Counted from the first letter of the stretch, positions 37,531 through 50,785 are shown. The stretch: 64,000 nt of DNA from Ginglymostoma cirratum (GCA_024137785.1 JAHRHZ010000133.1:67132245-67196244); one strand, 5' to 3'. Notes: generated from the letters alone by a model not told the origin. Numbers and translations are program-made.

Positions 37531-38659
37531 ATAAGAAAGCACAGTTCAGAAATTCAAAGGTTCAAAATAAACAAACCGCAAACAAGGAATTCCTAATATT
37601 TGTGAACACCCGTCTACTACAATTTCAACTCTTATGAAAGACTTTGAGAAGGCCTAAGGAGGCATCACTACACAATCTCACCTAGATTTTAACATTTAAA
37701 GTATTCTCATGCAATTTCTAGAGCTCAGTCTTTTTTAAAGGAAGTCATTTGATGCCATGGCCACTTTCAGTCAGGAATTCAAGAAATTCCGACTAAAAAT
37801 GATCACCTCGTTGTTACTGTACCTTCAACAACCATCATGGCTCCAGATACCAAGTGTGGGCATGCATTTCATCTCATCTCACTTTTATCAGGTGGTTCTC
37901 TTGCCTACTATCCTTTGTAACCTATTTCAGAAGGAACAGACCATAATGGAACACAATGGTCCTCACTAGGTCTGTTGAACAAGTCTGAATTTTTATTAGG
38001 AAGCTCCTCTTGTGTTGACAGTTATCTTAAACAGTTCAATGAAAAATATCCCAAATAAAAATGGTATAAATAAAAAAGTACAATTTTTTGAACAAATATT
38101 CAACTATCTTTGGTTCTAGCTTTATTATTTTCTTTGGCTTAGGTAACAGATTTTTACTTCTTTCCTGGAATGTATTGTGAAAACTATATATTATTTGATC
38201 ACTTGCAGAAATTGAACAATTTGGCAAACCAAAATCCAAACTAACAGCTGTACAAGTCTTAAAATCACTGAACACTTCAAGTACCTATTTTTTTTTTTTT
38301 AAAAAAACATATCTCTACATTTTAATTGCTTCCACATACAGATCTGCAACGTAATTGTCCAGGATGGTGATAATGCTCAGGGCTCTCCAAATCCCATTGT
38401 CAAGCCTACTAATGCAAACCTTACTGGAACACCTTCTGATATAATTGTCCTACTGCTTCTTAATCTTTTGATTTTTTTGGGGCAAGGTAGGGGTTGAAGT
38501 GGGATAGAGGGAAAAGAGTGACAACGAACATTTCCTCAATGTTTCATCCATACATGTTAGAGAATGGTTTGAGCACACAAATAAATAATCCATTCATGTA
38601 ATGGAATCTTTTGCATAAATTCCTTCTATAAATTAGTACATACATTACTATTACATACA

Positions 38660-39125
38660 TAACTACACAAGTAGACCATACAGCAATCTCTGAACCCCCA
38701 GTTCTATCTTTCAATCAGCTCATACCTGTATCCTAACGCAATCCAACTTTCTTGGCTCCTCTTCCTTTAAAATTCTTGGCCAACAAAAAATCAATTAAGT
38801 CCAGATTTAAAGTCATTATTGACATCTGCTTTGTTTTGTGGGAGAGTTACATTTTTCAACCAGCCTTCAAGATGTATTTCCGAACTTCTCTCCTGAATGG
38901 TCCAACTCTGATCTGAGATATTCCCAACAGGAGATACTCTCTCTCTCTACTGACCATACTAACTCCTTCTAAAATTCTAAAAGGATCAATCATACCACAT
39001 CTTAAACTTCTGTATTCCATGCAACATAAAGCTAGTTTTTGTAACCTTGCCTCACAATCCAATTCGAAAGATTAATATACTAACAGCGGTGAATGTGCAC
39101 TGCACTATTTCCAAAGCCATTGTAT
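38660..39125 (-). mobile_element. CR1 3' fragment, decayed
   Basis: ORF 38856-39062 EARLQKLALCCMEYRSLRCGMIDPFRILEG is a decayed ERL..LGLFSLE.RRLRGDLI motif. Confidence 0.65.
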
Positions 39126-39934
39126 CCTTGGAATGTGCACTGTAAGGTGGTCAACACTTCTTTAATACCAGGGAGGCTTTGATCTGGGGCGACATTTTAC
39201 TGCACTCCATTCCCCCCCTGCCCTGAGTGTTCTGGGGTCTCTTCTGGCTTGCCTGCGTGGGTCCCAACTTTATACCCTCGCCCTGTCAGGTCTCCTATTT
39301 TTAACAACTGATCTAATCACTTTCATCTTCCTTCACTGGTCATCAAAAATTCCCCATGTACTGGAACTGCTTTAAAGTGCTACTTACAATACTGCATTAA
39401 AAATTAATTACACATGCTATTTTATTGATAGTGCATATCTTAATGAGCACCAGCTGTGCAAGGCAACCAAACTCAATTTAAAGACAGCAATAAAAAAAAG
39501 GCTTCCAAGTCTCTCGCTCCCTTTCATAGTTAAAATGGCAACATCTTGCATGGATTTAAAACAGAGAACTTTGATTTAATACTAAATTTAGATGGGTTTT
39601 TGAAGGGCTGTGCGCATACAGTTTTGACGCTTTAGTAGAGGAGGGGCACACTGTTTTGTTAATCTACATTTAAAGCACCTCCCTGCTTGCCCTTAGAGTT
39701 CAGAACATTATGTGTTTTGAGCCCAAGTAAACAACCAACGTATACTCAGGAGGAACAACTGTGTTAAAAATATCAGGCGATTTTAAATGTTTTCTTTCAT
39801 GTTGAACTGGACAAGCGGCTGTGGCAGGGGGAAATAAAGCAAATCTTTCCTTGTTAAGTTGTACAAAAAGTTCCATTTTGCTAAATATTTGTTCAACAGG
39901 TTATCTGCTGAAAAACAGAAATCAAAATAACTTA

Positions 39935-40524
39935 GAGATAAAAGGTACTGCAGATGCTGGAGAATCCGAGATAACAAGCATGGGGCTGGATGAACACAGC
40001 AGGTCAAGCAGCATCATAGGAGCAGGNNNNNNNNNNNNNNNNNNNNNNNNNNNNNNNNNNNNNNNNNNNNNNNNNNNNNNNNNNNNNNNNNNNNNNNNNN
40101 NNNNNNNNNNNNNNNNNNNNNNNNNNNNNNNNNNNNNNNNNNNNNNNNNNNNNNNNNNNNNNNNNNNNNNNNNNNNNNNNNNNNNNNNNNNNNNNNNNNN
40201 NNNNNNNNNNNNNNNNNNNNNNNNNNNNNNNNNNNNNNNNNNNNNNNNNNNNNNNNNNNNNNNNNNNNNNNNNNNNNNNNNNNNNNNNNNNNNNNNNNNN
40301 NNNNNNNNNNNNNNNNNNNNNNNNNNNNNNNNNNNNNNNNNNNNNNNNNNNNNNNNNNNNNNNNNNNNNNNNNNNNNNNNNNNNNNNNNNNNNNNNNNNN
40401 NNNNNNNNNNNNNNNNNNNNNNNNNNCAGGAAAACTTGACGTTTTGGGCCTAGACCCTTCAAGTTTTCCTGCTCCTATGATGCTGCTTGACCTGCTGTGT
40501 TCATCCAGCCCCATGCTTGTTATC
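39935..40524. mobile_element. Palindromic PLE-derived element, family 1, spanning an assembly gap
   Basis: The left arm is nearly identical to 27865-27955. Perfect 14-bp TSD ATCAAAATAACTTA at 39921-39934 and 40522-40535. The apex is deleted. Confidence 0.88.
40027..40426. other. Assembly gap (400 N)
   Basis: Run of N. Confidence 0.99.
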
Positions 40525-41095
40525 AAAATAACTTATGTACTTGACTTTATATCTAATCCATATGGTGTTCAGTATTTATGATTAATTCCACGTCTCCTCC
40601 ACAGGTTATTTTCCCAATCTATTCAGGATGCGGGCTGTACAGACTGGGAATACAAAAGGAATTTCTTTCACGTGTCAATTCCTTAGCTGCATCCCCTCCT
40701 CATCCCACACCTCTTGGAAGCATTGACTGTGCTGCGTTGGTGACAGTCCCATAGCAGTCTCGTAGGTGAATACCACGTAAAGATATAGCCGTGAGGTTTG
40801 ACAAGCTATTCAATCGTTGAAGATAGAAAGGGGAGTAGAGTGGAGGCATCGCCCACATTTCCTAGTCTGTTACTACCAACTCTCCGCCCAAACCTGGGCT
40901 TCCGACCTGACCACAAGCCTAGTTAGCCCACACGGTGACTGAACATGGACAATCTCTCCCGGCCCACAACTTCACCCTGGGGGACCAAGTAAACTAATTT
41001 CGCAGAGATCAGTACAGGTTGAAGAGTGGCACTGGAACTTTTCCCAGTCCTTTGGCTTGGCAACTCACTGAATCCACATATGATAAAACATCATC

Positions 41096-41208
41096 GGGTT
41101 CTTGTGATGCAGCGGTAGCGTCCCTAGTTCTGAGACAGGAGGCCTGGGTTCAAGTCCCCATTCCAAAGGCGGGTAATAATGTCTCTGGACAGGTTGATTA
41201 GAAAATTG
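41096..41208 (+). mobile_element. Short tRNA-derived SINE
   Basis: A-box-like 'tgatgcagcggtagc' and B-box 'gggttcaagtccc'. Confidence 0.6.
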
Positions 41209-41480
41209 TTACTTGAGTCTGTTGTAACAATCAGGCTGAGTGAATCCAAACACACTCCTGAATTCACAGGCTATAGGGCCCAAAATGCACCAACGTGCTC
41301 CCAAAGCTCACCCACAGAAAGAACAGAACATCACGCTGCAGGTTATGCATTACAAGAGTTTCTTCACTTATGAGGACACCATCAAAAGGGAGTCATTCAT
41401 GCTTGTGATTTATAAGGCTATTGCATGGAATGCCTCTAAACGCATAATATCTGTTAATTTGCAAAAGAGTCATGCTTTGC

Positions 41481-41507
41481 CACACACACACACACACACA
41501 CACACAC
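41481..41507. repeat. (CA)n microsatellite
   Basis: Directly visible. Confidence 0.95.
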
Positions 41508-41759
41508 GGCAAACATGTCTGTGCATTCAAAGTCCCAAACAATAGTGAAAAATAAGGAGAAAGAAATGTCTTAATCATCACACTCCAAATCTGAGAATTG
41601 CTTTCAGATATGCTGATGATATGAAAGAATGAAGCAAATTTTCTCCCCCCCTTTATCCCCTTCTTCCCAAAAACCCTGCACTCAAGGGTTTTGTAGAAGA
41701 TACAAATCCAGTTCAGAATCTGAAAATCATTGGTAAGCCCCAACTTTAACACCCAAGCA

Positions 41760-42848
41760 GCTCTCTCAGCTCCTCCAATGTTGTTAAATTATCAGCCTGG
41801 TGTCTAACATTCACTACGGGATGAGCAGAAATGTTCTCAAATTAAATATCGGTAAGAATGAAGTCAGTTCACTTCGGTTCCTGCTCAAAATTCTTAGGCT
41901 AACGATTCCATCCCTCTCCTTGGCAGTCTGAGATTAAGCTGGTCTATTTGCATCAAATAAAAACAGAAAATGCTGGTTAAACTGAGCTGGTCTGGCAGTA
42001 TTGGGGGTAGAGAAAACAGAGTAACATTTCGTGCCCAGTGACCCTTCTTTGGCATAACGTTCAGTTCTGAAGAAGGGTCACTGTACTTGAAACACTAACG
42101 CTGTTTTCTCCTCACAGATACTGCCAGACCTGCTGAATTTCTCCAGTAAATTCAGCTTGTTTTTTTCTCAGATCTTCAGCATCAGCAATTCTTTGTTTTG
42201 TTTTAGTCTGTTGGTATGTTTGGTGCTACATATAACATTGAAATAGTTTTCCAACTTCATATTCATGACATTGCTAAAGTTGTCCGTTTCCACTTTCTGT
42301 AATATCATCCAACTTTGCCTCGTGTCAGTTTATCTGTCCTGAAACCCTCATCCATGTCTTCAACATCTTGATGGTTCCAACACATTGCTGTTTTTCTCCC
42401 CCACATTCTACCCAACCTAACCCTGAAGTTCAATCTCCCTAACACCCAAATACTCACTGACCAACACTGGCACCTGGTCAATAAACATTTTGATTTTCAA
42501 ACTCCCATCCTCATTTTTAAATCCCTCCATGGTGTCATCCCCCTTTTCTCTGTAATTTTCTCCAGCTCCAAATATTGAGATATCTGGCTTCTTATGCATT
42601 CCCAAATATAACTACTCCTCCCTCAATAGTCATGCATTCAGGTGCACTGACACAAACTCTGGAATAATCTCATTACACCTCTCTGCTTCTGTTGCTTTCC
42701 TCTTTTAAGATATTCATTAAGACAGTCCCTCTTTCCCAAGCTTTTGATCATTCCATTTAATATCTCCTTCTGTAATTTCATGTTGACTTTGTTTTAAAAT
42801 GCCCCTGTGAAGCACCTTACATTCAAAGGGTTATACTGCTGTTGTTCA
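41760..42848 (+). mobile_element. L2-type LINE 3' ~0.85 kb, interrupted by a family-2 palindrome
   Basis: 'ggatgagcagaaatgttctcaaattaaatatcggtaagaatgaag' (WM..N.L.LN..K.E), then 'ctcatccatgtctt' and 'acactggcacctggtc...ttgattttcaa' (HWLPV..RI.FK-like), then an L2 tail. Confidence 0.75.
41954..42205. mobile_element. Palindromic PLE-derived hammerhead element, family 2, older copy
   Basis: Arms ~41954-42050 and ~42063-42165, with a tail on the right. Core CAGTT-CTGAAGA-A-GGGTC-ACTG-TACTT-GAAAC. Decayed TSD GTCTATTTGCAT / GTCTGTTGGTAT (9/12). Confidence 0.8.
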
Positions 42849-44714
42849 TGGTGCAAGAACAGAGAGAGAAAGCAATAAAATAAATGCCTGATAATTCCTT
42901 CAGTTCTCCACATTCTATCTGTATCCATTATTTCTATGTTCCAATGAGAGATACCCCATCTAGCCCTTTTCTCCCTCTATAACATTCAGTAGCTATTCAG
43001 CTGTAAAGGGTATCACAGCTATATCCAGTCCTACCCATTCTCATCTTGGTTTCACACATCTGCATTTTCAGTTGGTGGCAGTGGGGGGTTGGATATCAGT
43101 CTTAAGTCAAGCCAGTGTCCCCCACCCTCCCATTGTCTCATACCACCATCCAGATGATGGAAGGCAATTAACCATGATAGGCTTCGGTATCTCCATTCTG
43201 CAGCTGCTAGATTTGTGAGCTTTAACCACCAACCTGGAGAAATGCTGTATAAATGTGCAAGAACTGAACAGGCTGAGTGTGGGGCGGGAGCCAGGGGTTA
43301 ACAAGAGAGCACAGATAGTTATGGTGTTAAATTATTTGAATTCAGTCAATTGGAATATCAGAGAAGATGATTTCAACAGCGCTGGAATTAGCTAGTAGTT
43401 AACAATGCTGACAATAGTACAGTCTTTGGCAACCGTACAGTAAACATGGTGCTGCTGCTCCTTGGGTTCCAGTTACAGTAAAATACAAGGCACCCAGCAG
43501 GAAAGACAGCCTTGTTCACAGAGTTGTAACACTCAGCTGGCCTGAAAAGACTACAAAAAGTTGCTCCCTGCAACACACCAGCATCTGAAAGGGTACTTTT
43601 TATCTCCACTTCCCCCCCACCCTCCCATAACAATCGCCAACCTTAGGTGAGGCCAGGTCTGTCCAAAAACCAGTCAGGAAATCATAGCATTAAGGCAACC
43701 ATGCCTTGGCAGAGCTCAATTTGTCAGGTATGACAAGTGGATTTTGACACACAGCCTCCCTTTTCAGACAATTACAGGAGCTTCCTCTCTAAGAAACTAA
43801 GCTTTCAGAGGAGCTTTACTACAGCCACAATGAACAGGCTTCATCCCCTCCTGATAAAATGAACTGCTTTCCCTACCCCATCTCAGACAGAAAAAAAAAG
43901 TATCCAAAAATTGGCAGATTAAAGTGCTCCCTCCTTATTTGAAAAGATCAAGTGACCAGAATGGTCCAACAAGTACTTTTTTTAATACTGCAAGACCAAT
44001 AGTGTTTCTTTCTTGAGGAGTGGAGACAGAAAAACGTTTGCAAAACCTAGTTATTGCGGTTTAATGAAATACATACTATGATTTTTCAAGCCAGTCTTAA
44101 GCAAAAGAAGCGTCCTTTGTTCCCTGCCTAAAACAGTGGTACACTAATATATCTCCAGTATTTCCCTGCAAAAGCTGTCCTACAGCCTCCCCTATGTGGG
44201 AATAGTGACAGTGCTGGTTGAAGCTGCGCAGACTGCAACCAGCAAGCACTGTTGTTTCCACAAGAACCTTCCTGGGTCAAAACAGATTGAAATTACATTA
44301 TCACATCCTTTCAAAATCCCTGTTCCAATCTCCCATTAGTTCAGATTATTTATTTCTACTTCATTCGTGGGGCAATAGGGACGTGGGGAAGGGTGGGGGA
44401 GATTACAAGCAAAACATAAGACACTAAAGATTGCCGAATCTTGCACATACAGTAAAAGTTGCTTTGCAAGATTGCAGTAAGATTTAAAGGACAATGGGAT
44501 CTGACAGCACGATAAATCAAAAGAGATCAATAGTCACGGTGAAACAACAGCGATTCCATCAACCCTGCTGGTTCATTCCAGGTCACTGTTGTTTTTGTTA
44601 AAATAAAATCAGGGTTATCAGTGGCCTTAATCAAAGTGGCGCAGCTCCCAAGACTTAGGGGCTTTGCAATCCATTCAAGTTCCACACAGCAAGATCCCAC
44701 AAACTGCAATTTGA

Positions 44715-44870
44715 GAATGTCCAGATAACCTATTTGAGCTATGCTGGTTGAGGGTTTAAATACTTTCCAGAACAATGGCAAGAATTCCCCACCATTGTCT
44801 GAAATAGTGCCATGGGAATCTTTAATGAGCATATAGGTTTATCATCTCATCCTCAGCACTGACGCTGGGG
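44715..44870 (-). mobile_element. Deu-type SINE fragment
   Basis: 'ccagataacc...atgctggttgaggg...aatagtgccatgggaatctttt'. Confidence 0.55.
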
Positions 44871-45069
44871 CTATTCAATACAGATATTGGAAATGAATCC
44901 ACACCCATGCTGTTACCAGGGCACCCAAATGCTTGGAGTTGTTTTACAGCAGACATGACAACAAAGGAGATTCTATCACAAATTTTAATCAGGCCTGGAC
45001 ATACATCCAATGAACCTTCAAGACAAAGATGAAGGCAAATCAAATATTTGTTCACAAATTTTATTTTTG

Positions 45070-45560
45070 CAAGAACATAGAACAGTACAGCACAGTACAG
45101 ATCAGGCCCTTCGGCCCACGATGTTGTGCTGACCTATTATCCTACGTTAAGATCAAACTACCCTACAATTTACTATCATCCATGTGCCTATCCAAGAGTC
45201 ACTTAAGTGTCCCTAATGTATCTGACTCTACTACCACCACCAATGACAGCACATTCCATGCACTCACCACTCTGTGTGAAAAACCTACCTCTGACATCTT
45301 CCTTATACCTTCCTCCAATCACCTTAAAATTATGCCCCCTCATGATAGCCATTTCCGCCCTGGGAAGAAGTCTCTGACAATCCACTCGATCTATGCCTCT
45401 CATCATCTTGTACACCTCTACCAAGTCACCTCTCATCCTTCTTCGCTCCAAATGAAAAAAGCCCTAGCTCCCTCAATCTTCCTCAAAGACCTGCCCTCCA
45501 GACCAGACAGCATTCTAGTAAATCTCCTCTGCACCCTCTCTAAAGCTTCCACATCCTTCC
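45070..45560 (-). mobile_element. CR1/HER1-type LINE 3' end
   Basis: ORF 45203-45451 MERRRMRGDLVEVYKMMRGIDRVD...RGHNFKVIGGRYKEDVRGRFFTQ. Terminus 'agaacatagaacagtacagcacag'. Confidence 0.92.
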
Positions 45561-46644
45561 GATTAAGCTGATCACTTTATAAAGGATAGGGCTTTATTTA
45601 ATATAAAGAAGCAAGAAAATGATTTCTGAAATGATCAGAACAGTTATGCAATTTATCTGGATGAAAGCACAAATATCTTTCTAGCCACAGAGTTTCATAA
45701 CAGGCAAGGCCATAACACAAGGCCCTTCCCAATTACATTCAGATGGACAATTGCTCCTGGCACCACAGTTTCAAGCCTCTTTGCTACACTGCTTCCCCAC
45801 AACTTGAACCATATCTGTCTTGAATCTCCTTCATGGCATCCATTAGTGTTTTCTTTCTGAAAACTGATGGTTCCACTACAACATCTGGCCCATAGGGACT
45901 AAGAGAACCATGTACCATCCAGTCCCTCCAATACAATCACAGAGTAAAGGCTATTATTCAGTTTGGAAGCACAGAATCTTAAAAGCACAGAAGAATGACC
46001 ATTCAGCCTGTCATGTTGTGTTGTCTCACTGTCAGAGCTATTTGACGAATTCCACTACTGTGATCTGTGCAGGTTTCCTTTACGTGTATCTATCCTTTGT
46101 AAACTATTCTATCTGCTATCATCATTCTTTCAGCCAGAAAAATGGTAACAGTATTAACAAATTTAGTGAAAACATTGCCAGAGTTTGGAAAAAAAAAGGC
46201 TGCTCTGATGTGGTCAGTTAAAAAAAAAAGGTATAATTGACAGCTTACAATCAAACTTTACACACCATCAGAACACGCCTGAGATGAACCAGTTAAAAGA
46301 CTGTAAATACAGAGGTATTAATTCTCCACTGTGAACGCCACAGTGTGTAGCTTACTAGTAACAGATTTCCACATTCACAACTGCTGGCGCTACGCAAATG
46401 CACCACCAGCATTTGGGAGTGAGGTTTTCACACAACTTAAACCAATAAATCACTTCCAGGATATAATACGAGGATTCAGATAATTATTTTAAGTCACTTG
46501 ACCTTCAAAAACCCCGGTGTGTGATGCCATTTGCACCTTTGGTTAGGTCACCATTTCTGGTAACTCTATCCATGCACTATTTCCCTCCACTTAATGGGTT
46601 CTTTCAATATTAACGCGACTGCTCTGTGGACTTGGGCTGCACAG

Positions 46645-46848
46645 CCATTCGATCTGATCTTCCGCAAAATGTGGTGGCAGCAGAATCTGTAAGAGCTTTT
46701 AAAAAGGAAGCAGATAAATATTTGAAGAAGAAAAAAAATTCAGAAGGGTGCAGGGAAATAGAACTAAGTGCACAGCTCCTTCAGAGAACACAGAACACAT
46801 ACGATGGGCTGAACTGCTTCCCTCTAAACTACAGGACTCTATAATTCC
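46645..46848 (+). mobile_element. CR1 3' end fragment
   Basis: LPQNVVAAESVRAFKKEADKYL (ORF 46626-46844), followed by a CR1-type tail. Confidence 0.65.
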
Positions 46849-47039
46849 AAGTCAGAGGAGCCAGGGAAGCAGCAACGACATGTCCATCCAATTATATCAA
46901 TCATAAAGCCAGGAAATAAAAGAGAACAATACTGTGGAGTCATGAGATTATGACCACATACTTATATAATATTGTCACAAGGGAGCAATGCTGCCCAAGA
47001 TACATTTGCGACTTGAGCTTGTGAGCAAAATGACTGAAA

Positions 47040-47300
47040 TACATGCAAGCCTGAAAAACAGTTAATGCATTCCCATGATGTCAGCTTTGCTGCTCTGCAG
47101 AAACGGTGATTACACGCCTAACCGGAACAGTTGACTATTTCTTTCAATAATTGACAGATTATTTAATTGCCATAATAATTGGTTAGCGGAGCTTTAATCA
47201 ATACCCCTCAGCAATTCGGGGGCCTGATGCAAATTGTCGCTTCTCATTTGCTGCATTTATCAAAAAGTCCCAACTCCCAGGACTAAATTACCTCCATCAA
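47040..47300. promoter_or_regulatory. Candidate conserved non-coding element (enhancer)
   Basis: Repeat-free block with TGACAG (47152), TAATTG twice, ATGCAAAT (47227-47234) and retained CpGs. Conservation cannot be tested here. Confidence 0.4.
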
Positions 47301-47929
47301 CACCTCTGTGGCAGGTTTGAATCTTGAGACTGAAAAGGCTTCCTTGCAAAGGACCCTTAGAATCAGGGAAAGCTTATATTTAAAACCAACAGGGCATGAA
47401 AAATTGAATTTTCTTCAAAGTACAAATTCTATGTGCAATATGAATGATTTCTGTAAGCTTTATTTATATTTGTTAATTCCATTAAAGCTGTGATAACTAT
47501 TTTCACCCCATGGTAAGGAAAAATATGCCATGCAAAAATACTTTATCAATCAATTCTCCTGATGAATTACTACATACTGTATATTGCTTTATTTTGTGGG
47601 ATTTACATTTTGTTGAAGCTTAATTTCACTCTATCGCCGATGGTAAATAGCGTTAAATCAGCCAAAGGAAAAAATAAATTTGTCTGGGTTTAATTTAGTG
47701 ATTTAAAAAAAAAACAAACAAATTGAAATCTGTCATGTGATGTGTTTGGTAATTTCTTCATTTAGTCATTTGTATTGATCAGTTTAAAAACCCAGACTGT
47801 CTTATTTGCATTTCAACTTCAAAAATAAACGCAATGGGACAGAGATTCAGCTCTTCATTTTTGTCATCAGTCTCAGCCAAACTGCTGGGAGGGGGAGGGA
47901 GGGGAGTGAGTGGGTGGTCAGTGATCTAG

Positions 47930-48100
47930 TCCCTTCCACAGCTCCTTCAAGACATCACTTGAGACCATGCAGGCCCTTAAAGCTCTGAATTCTCTCTCTG
48001 TCTCACCATCTTCACCTCAGAGTCAAGTAAGAAGTTACCTCTTTGACCAACCTTTTGGTCACCCATCCTAACATCACCTTCTTTGGTCTGCCTCGATTCT
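47930..48100 (+). mobile_element. L2-type LINE 3' fragment
   Basis: 'aaagctctgaattctctctc...acctctttgaccaaccttttggtcacccatcctaa'. Confidence 0.55.
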
Positions 48101-48829
48101 TTCATCTGATTAACATCATGGGGCATGTTATTATGTCTAAAATGTGGTACACATGTACATGTTGGAAAGAGCTCAACATGCAAACTCCCACCAAGATGCT
48201 GAAGCTTTGCACAGACTGGTTTTGTGACGAGTTTCTTCCATTTGATACCTGGGTCCTGCAAGGCTGGGAAAGAGATGGAAAGGAAAATCAAAGGTGTTCC
48301 CTACAGCCACTGGTAACACTGACATTGCCAACCACAGCAGCAGTCCCAGAGAACAAAGGTTCTAAAACAGAACAAAATCCAATGATGAAGCAGCTTAAGA
48401 AACAAGAAGAAACATAAGTTTACAAATTGTAAATAGGCAGCATCAGGAAAGCGGAGGTGGTCCAAAGGAATGACACTCAAACTTATCCTCTTAAACGGTA
48501 CAGGCTATTGCACTAAGTCTGTCATGACGACAATGCAGCTGATCAGATTCCATCTCTTCAGTCATGATCCATGGGGTCCATGGGTTGATAACGACAGCTA
48601 GTCAAAATACTTCAACTAAAAACAACTAATCAATATGGACCATGGTGGGTTTGCTAGTTTTGTTTAACAGGTTGACTTCTCTCAATAGCACAGTCAGGAA
48701 AAGTAACAGTCAGCGTCAGAGTCAGAAGATTCCAGGATTTAGTTTCCCACTCTGATTGTAAGTGGGCAACAACCAGATGTTCTGATTGGTCTGACTGGTG
48801 CTGGGCTAGTGAGGAATAAAATCAACGAG

Positions 48830-49470
48830 GTTAACTTTGGGAACGCAGAAGATATACGTTCCATGTAAATACAAAATATCTGTGCATATGCAGTGAATCT
48901 ATTCCCCATGACAATTTCGCAAGGAAGCAGAAGTCATGCTTCAGATTTGCAAAGATCTTGTTAGACCACAGCTGGAGTACTGTAATAAAAGTAATATACT
49001 GCAGGTGCCGGAAATCTGAAATAAAAACAAAGTATTAGAGAAACTCAGCAGGTCTGACTGCATCTGTGGAGGGACAAACAGAGTTACTGTTGGGTCTGAT
49101 AAAAGAGTTTGGTGTCAGTTTGAACATGCAACTTGGGGTAATTAATTTGAAGGGTTCAAAATAATAGGGGAACATATAGAACAGACAGAGAAACTTAATC
49201 TTAGAATCCCCAATCAGCAGAACTATGGACACGGGCAAAAGTTAGAGCCAAAGGAGAGAAGTTAGGAAATTTACACAAAAATTGTGGTAGGCATTTGAAC
49301 TCTTCCACAAAACGCCAAGTGATACTTCATCAATTGTTAATTTTAAAATCTGAAATGGATAAGATTCTTGCCAACCAAAAGCATCAAGGGATCTGGGGGA
49401 AACTTGGAAATATAAAGTTAAGTCAAAGACCAACCATGATTTCATGGAATGGCAAAACAAGTCTCAGTCC
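48830..49470 (+). mobile_element. CR1 3' fragments, interrupted by a family-2 PLE arm
   Basis: 'gttagaccacagctggagtactgt' encodes VRPQLEYC. The CR1 3' end follows after ~49150. Confidence 0.65.
48986..49086 (-). mobile_element. Decayed family-2 PLE arm with tail, hammerhead core absent
   Basis: 'actgcaggtgccggaaatctgaaataaaaaca...aaactcagcaggtctgactgcatctgtggagggacaaacagagtta'. Confidence 0.65.
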
Positions 49471-49477
49471 GAAGCTG

Positions 49478-49675
49478 AGGAATTTCCTTCATAAACCTTT
49501 CCACCTCTCTTTCATTCTGTCTGTCATTCCTTAAAACCTACCATTTTCATCAGATATTTGGTCCTAATACTTCTGTGTGTGGCTTTGTGTCAAATGAAAT
49601 CCCTCTTAGGAAGCATCTGGAGATGATCTAATACGATTTACGAAAGGAGCTACATAAATGCAAACTGCTGTTGTA
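49478..49675 (+). mobile_element. L2-type LINE 3' end
   Basis: 'ggaatttccttcataaacctttccacctctct...aaaggagctacataaatgcaaactgctgttgt'. Confidence 0.55.
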
Positions 49676-50624
49676 ACAGGGACAGAGCATTTACAACACT
49701 ATGGATACCAAGAAGAAGTGTTCAACATCCCTCCCTCTTATTTTGTTTCCAGTTAATCCTAAATCCCATTAGAGCAGAATTTCACAAGCTCCTGAACATT
49801 CTGATACCTGGCTGGACCTTCATGTACAAACGCAGACAGTAAGTGTGCAGAGAAAGGTGCTCAAATCAGATGGGTCACTATATGTCAACAACTCAAAGCT
49901 AAGATGGTGGCAGTGAATTGAGAGACTGCAATCTGGAAGGACATCCAGATAATCTGCTGACTGAACAAGAGGTTTCAGTAAAGTGCAACAGTTGTACAGA
50001 GCTTCTGCCACCTCTTCATTTACAAAAAGGAACAAGAAAACAATTCACAACTCACCATGCACACAAGGCAAGCTCACCAGATTGCTAAGCGTACCTGATT
50101 CCGACAGCACAACAGCGGTGCCTGCCAGAATAAGCTTTCACTTGCATATAAACAGAGGATGAGAGAAAGGTTAACTATTACCTAAGAAAATTTTGTTTTG
50201 TACTCCCCTCACCCCACACGCCTTGCTTTTTGTACATGAATCTAACGTGCAGCTAGTTGGATATTAGCAGAGCAAAAACAGCATCAAAATGGGGGGTTTA
50301 TAATTTTACAAAAAATTAAACCAACAGATTATTCAATCAACACAAGCTGAAGTTAAGGTGAAAATGCTGATATGCAAAGCCGCTGTTAAATAGCATTACT
50401 TTCAACAACGAGCTTATATAAAGACTAAAGTTTATCATAAATAAAACCCCAAAAATTAGGACTGTGAAATGTCACATAAGAGTTAAAAATTGGCTCATCC
50501 AGAGTGCTTTTGGGAATGGCTGGTGACAGGGAGCCATGGGCAGGCAGGCAAAGCAGTGAGGCTCAGCAGCTACATGACAGTAGCATCACCCTCATCTCCC
50601 TCCCTCCCCCACGCCAAGACATTA

Positions 50625-50785
50625 ATTCTCAAAAGTCATGAAAATTACCATGCATGAATGCAAAAAGCATGATCAAAAGTAATTAACAGAGCTTCATATG
50701 CAAATTTTATTAATGCAGAAGTACAAAGTCATTATGCAAATTAAACCTACGTCAACTCTCTTGACAAATATTCAGCACCAGAATC
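50625..50785. promoter_or_regulatory. Candidate CNE with a POU octamer cluster
   Basis: ATGCAAAT at 50698-50705 and 50734-50741, ATGCAAAA at ~50658, plus TAATTA and TTAAT sites. Confidence 0.45.

Noticed and set aside
39821-40526. Long ORFs spanning N runs (also 55872-56366)
   Set aside because: Artefacts of translating assembly gaps.
41096-41170. tRNA gene
   Set aside because: A/B-box-like motifs are present but there is no complete cloverleaf; better explained as a SINE head.
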